Assembly: GCA_035760345.1 (NCBI GenBank)
Contig: DASTTC010000180.1
Coordinates: forward strand, 1 to 32,422
From: Burkholderiales bacterium
GTDB taxonomy: Bacteria; Pseudomonadota; Gammaproteobacteria; Burkholderiales; SG8-39
Reading direction: 5' to 3'
Length of the DNA: 32,422 nucleotides
The notes beneath the pieces are model-generated. The model saw only the letters and a list, made by a program, of their open reading frames with translations, did not search any database and had not been told where the DNA came from. Shown here piece after piece: positions 29,634 to 32,422 of this stretch. A program made the translations under genes and the position numbers. Each line of letters starts with the position of its first letter. Position 1 is the first letter of the stretch.

Positions 29634-30911
29634 TTGGACGCATCCTGGACGATCTCCGCTATCGCGCTCGGCTGCCTCCTCCTTCTCATCATCGTCATGG
29701 GGCTGGTGATCTGGTCGATCCGCCGCCATCGCGATCCCCACCTCACGATCGAATGTGATGCGGGCATCGATACCCTGCTGCCGACGCTTGCCGGCATCAC
29801 GCTCGGCAGCGTAATCGATGGAAATTCCGTCGAGGTCCTGGAGAACGGCCACTTCTGGGACGTGCTGATCGAGCGCGTCGGCAAGGCGCGCAAGACGGTG
29901 CATTACGAGACGTTCCTGTGGAAGGAGGGCAAGCTCGGCAAGCGCATGGCGAAGGCGCTGGCCGAGCGCGCAAAGGACGGCGTGAAGGTGCGCATCATGC
30001 TGGACGCTGTCGGCTCGAAGGGCATCGGCAACGGCGAGCTCGAGATGATGGAGAAGGCGGGCGCCAGGGTCGAGTTCTTCCACGAGAAGAAGCTGCGCAA
30101 CATCGGCGTGCTGAACGACCGCACCCACCGCAAGATGCTCGTCATCGACGGCAGGGAAGCATTCGTCGGTGGGCACTGCGTGGTGGACGAATGGCTCGGC
30201 GACGCCGAGGACGGCAAGCACTTCGGCGACGTGAGCGTGCGGCTCCGCGGCCCGATCGTGCACAGCGTGCAGGGCGCTTTCAGCGAGAACTGGGCAGGCG
30301 AGACCGGTGAGCTGTTCGCCGGCCCCGATTGCTTCCCACCGATCGAGCGGGCGGGCGACCTGCAGATGCACCTGGTCTACGCGAAGCCCGAGCATTCCGC
30401 GCCGGCCGTGAAGATCCTCCACCACACGCTGATCTGCCTCGCCCGCCAGCGCATCTGGATCCAGAATCCCTACTTCATTCCCGAGCCCGAGGCCATCGAC
30501 GCGTTCGGCGAGGCGGTCCAGCGCGGCGTGGATGTGCGGGTGCTGATGCCTTCGACCAGCGGCTCCGACAACCCGATGGTGCAGCACGCCGGCCACCGCA
30601 ACTTCGACAAGCTGATGCGCAACGGCGTGCGGCTTTTCGAGTACCCGCACACGCTTCTGCACCAGAAGGTCATGACGGTCGACGGCCTCTACAGCGCCGT
30701 CGGCTCCGCCAACTTCGACGACCGGTCCTTCGAGACCAACGAAGAGGTGACCCTGGGAATCCTGGATGAAAAAACCGCGAAGAAGCTGGATGCGATCTTC
30801 GAGAAATACCTGCCGCGGGCAAAGGAGATCGACCTGGAGGAGTGGAATCGAAGGAGCGTGTGGCATAAGCTCAAGGACCACGCCGCTTACTCCATCAACG
30901 AGCTGCTATGA
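29634..30911 (+). CDS. phospholipase D / cardiolipin synthase family protein (two HKD motifs, N-terminal TMS)
   Basis: TTG start with GGAGGAA 5 nt upstream. One TMS (ISAIALGCLLLLIIVMGLVIW). HKD motifs HRKMLVIDGREAFVGG and HQKVMTVDGLYSAVGSANFD. Confidence 0.85.
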   Translation: MDASWTISAIALGCLLLLIIVMGLVIWSIRRHRDPHLTIECDAGIDTLLPTLAGITLGSVIDGNSVEVLENGHFWDVLIERVGKARKTVHYETFLWKEGKLGKRMAKALAERAKDGVKVRIMLDAVGSKGIGNGELEMMEKAGARVEFFHEKKLRNIGVLNDRTHRKMLVIDGREAFVGGHCVVDEWLGDAEDGKHFGDVSVRLRGPIVHSVQGAFSENWAGETGELFAGPDCFPPIERAGDLQMHLVYAKPEHSAPAVKILHHTLICLARQRIWIQNPYFIPEPEAIDAFGEAVQRGVDVRVLMPSTSGSDNPMVQHAGHRNFDKLMRNGVRLFEYPHTLLHQKVMTVDGLYSAVGSANFDDRSFETNEEVTLGILDEKTAKKLDAIFEKYLPRAKEIDLEEWNRRSVWHKLKDHAAYSINELL

Positions 30912-31003
30912 GTTTCTGGGAGACCGCCATCACAGGTGAAGACCACCACCGTGCGGACACGTCGTATCCTTCGTATGTGACCCCCGACCGAGGAAACGTC
31001 GCC

Positions 31004-31486
31004 GTGACAGCCGAATCTGGATCGCACCGGATCGTCGAGAGGATTGTGCTGGGATGTCTCGGCGTGCTGTTCGCCGCGATGGCGGCGACGGCGTACGACT
31101 ATGGCCTGAAAGACCGGCTCGGCCCCGGATCGGGATTTTTCCCCTTCTGGCTCGGTGCGATCGGCGCCGCGCTGAGCGTCTCGCTGCTGGCCGTCTCCCT
31201 TCGCGGCGGCTCGATCGGCGACGGCGGCGTGAGCGTGTGGCCGGATCGAGCCGGCGCCGGGCGGGCGGCCACGCTGCTCGCAGGGCTGGTCGCGGCGGCG
31301 CTGGCGCTCGAGCCGCTCGGTTTTCGCTTGACCGCGTTCGCGTTCACGGCGCTGCTGCTCGTCGCGCTCGGCGTGCGCCGGCCGGTGGTGATCGCGCTGT
31401 TCGCGCTGATCAGCGGCTTTGGCCTGTTTCACGTGTTCTATTACTGGCTCAAAGTACCGCTGCCGATTGGCGCGCTCGGATTCTGA
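31004..31486 (+). CDS. tctB: tripartite tricarboxylate transporter small membrane subunit TctB
   Basis: Four hydrophobic helices, located directly upstream of tctA. I prefer GTG 31004 (GAGGAA 8 nt upstream). The track ORF starts at ATG 30908 (ATGA overlap with the PLD stop), but those 32 codons have clearly lower GC3 (22 of 32 end in G/C), so the start is uncertain. Confidence 0.65.
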   Translation: MTAESGSHRIVERIVLGCLGVLFAAMAATAYDYGLKDRLGPGSGFFPFWLGAIGAALSVSLLAVSLRGGSIGDGGVSVWPDRAGAGRAATLLAGLVAAALALEPLGFRLTAFAFTALLLVALGVRRPVVIALFALISGFGLFHVFYYWLKVPLPIGALGF

Positions 31487-31498
31487 CGCCGCCGGGAC

Positions 31499-32422
31499 AT
31501 GGACAGCCTGCCACACCTTCTCTCGGGATTCGCCGCGGCGATGAGCCCGGCGAATCTCGCCTACGCGTTTGCGGGCTGCGTGTTCGGCACGCTGATCGGC
31601 GTGCTGCCCGGGCTCGGACCGGCGGCGGGAACGGCGATCCTGATTCCGCTCACCTTCAAGCTCGATCCCACCGGCGGCATCATCATGCTTGCCGCGATCT
31701 ACTACGGCGCCATGTACGGCGGCACGATTACCTCGGTGTTGATCAACGTTCCGGGCGAGGCGGCATCCGTCATCACGTGCATCGACGGCCATCAGATGGC
31801 CAAGCAAGGCCGCGGCGGAACCGCGCTCGGCATCGCCGCGATCGGCTCGTTCATCGGCGGCATGGCGGCCGTCGTCGCGCTCGTGCTGGTCGCGCCACCG
31901 CTCGCAAAATTCGCGCTGTCGTTCGGGCCGCCCGAATTCTTCGCGCTGATGCTGTTCGGCCTGTGCCTGGTCAGCGGACTGGCCGGGCGCTCGCTCTCGG
32001 CCGCGCTGATGATGACGGTGCTCGGGCTGCTCATCTCGATGATCGGCATCGATCCGGTGCGAGGCGCGCCGCGCTTCGCGTTCGACATCGCCGAGCTGTA
32101 CGACGGTCTGGGAATCGTCCCGGTGGTGATGGGCCTGTTCGGCATCGCGGAGATTCTCATCACGGCCGAACGGCCGGTGCATGAGATCATCCGCACCAAG
32201 TTCAGCGGCCTGCTGCCGAGCCGGGACGAGTGGCGCCGTTCCTGGGGCGCAATCGCGCGCGGAACCGGAATCGGCTTCTTCCTTGGCTTGATCCCCGGCA
32301 TCGGCTCGATCGTTCCGACTTTCATGGCCTACATCGCCGAAAAGCGCCTATCGAAGACCCCCGAGCGCTTCGGCAAGGGCGCGATCGAGGGGGTCGCGGC
32401 GCCCGAGACGGCGAACAACGCC
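31499..32422 (+). CDS. tctA: tripartite tricarboxylate transporter large permease TctA (5' partial, continues beyond window)
   Basis: Open frame from ATG 31499 to the window edge (308 codons, not in the ORF track because it has no stop). MDSLPHLLSGF ... GTLIGVLPGLGPAAG ... IYYGAMYGGTITSVLINVPGE is typical of TctA. Confidence 0.85.
   Translation, partial: MDSLPHLLSGFAAAMSPANLAYAFAGCVFGTLIGVLPGLGPAAGTAILIPLTFKLDPTGGIIMLAAIYYGAMYGGTITSVLINVPGEAASVITCIDGHQMAKQGRGGTALGIAAIGSFIGGMAAVVALVLVAPPLAKFALSFGPPEFFALMLFGLCLVSGLAGRSLSAALMMTVLGLLISMIGIDPVRGAPRFAFDIAELYDGLGIVPVVMGLFGIAEILITAERPVHEIIRTKFSGLLPSRDEWRRSWGAIARGTGIGFFLGLIPGIGSIVPTFMAYIAEKRLSKTPERFGKGAIEGVAAPETANNA

Noticed and set aside
29634-30911. 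PLD-superfamily protein as a possible defence nuclease (Nuc/BfiI-like).
   Set aside because: It has two full HKD motifs in one chain plus an N-terminal membrane anchor, which fits cardiolipin/phospholipid synthase-type enzymes. There are no neighbouring defence-type genes (helicase, methylase, ATPase).

Overview
High-GC proteobacterial chromosomal segment (G+C looks well above 60% by eye, and third codon positions are mostly G/C). It is almost entirely coding: I call 31 CDS and 1 tRNA, with very short intergenic gaps and many overlapping stop/start junctions. From left to right: a VOC/DUF427/MFS group (22-2388); a three-gene RND efflux operon behind a strong sigma70-like promoter (2436-8220); a signal-less BNR/Asp-box propeller coupled to a small GG-tailed MoaD/ThiS/CysO-like protein (8255-9648); a ygiD-like extradiol dioxygenase and outer-membrane phospholipase A placed back-to-back (9656-11288); a minus-strand membrane protein / M1 metallopeptidase / GNAT group (11298-15009). 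From 15119 to the window end every protein gene is on the plus strand: sulfatase, mgtE, CBS protein, amidohydrolase, aroC, hfq-hflX-hflK-hflC-DUF2065-hisZ-purA, rnr-rlmB, a PLD/cardiolipin-synthase-like protein, and tctB-tctA (tctA runs off the end). A single tRNA-Leu(CAG) on the minus strand interrupts this block. I see no transposase, integrase, phage gene, CRISPR array or recognisable defence gene, so most of the window is ordinary core genome. My best candidate for an uncharacterised system is the BNR-propeller/ubiquitin-like pair, but I cannot establish novelty without database searches. The other findings are small-scale sequence oddities: a Tat-like signal with no canonical start codon, a tRNA promoter overlapping the rnr start codon, a duplicated hflK start, back-to-back divergent start codons, and a rare-Leu-codon run.
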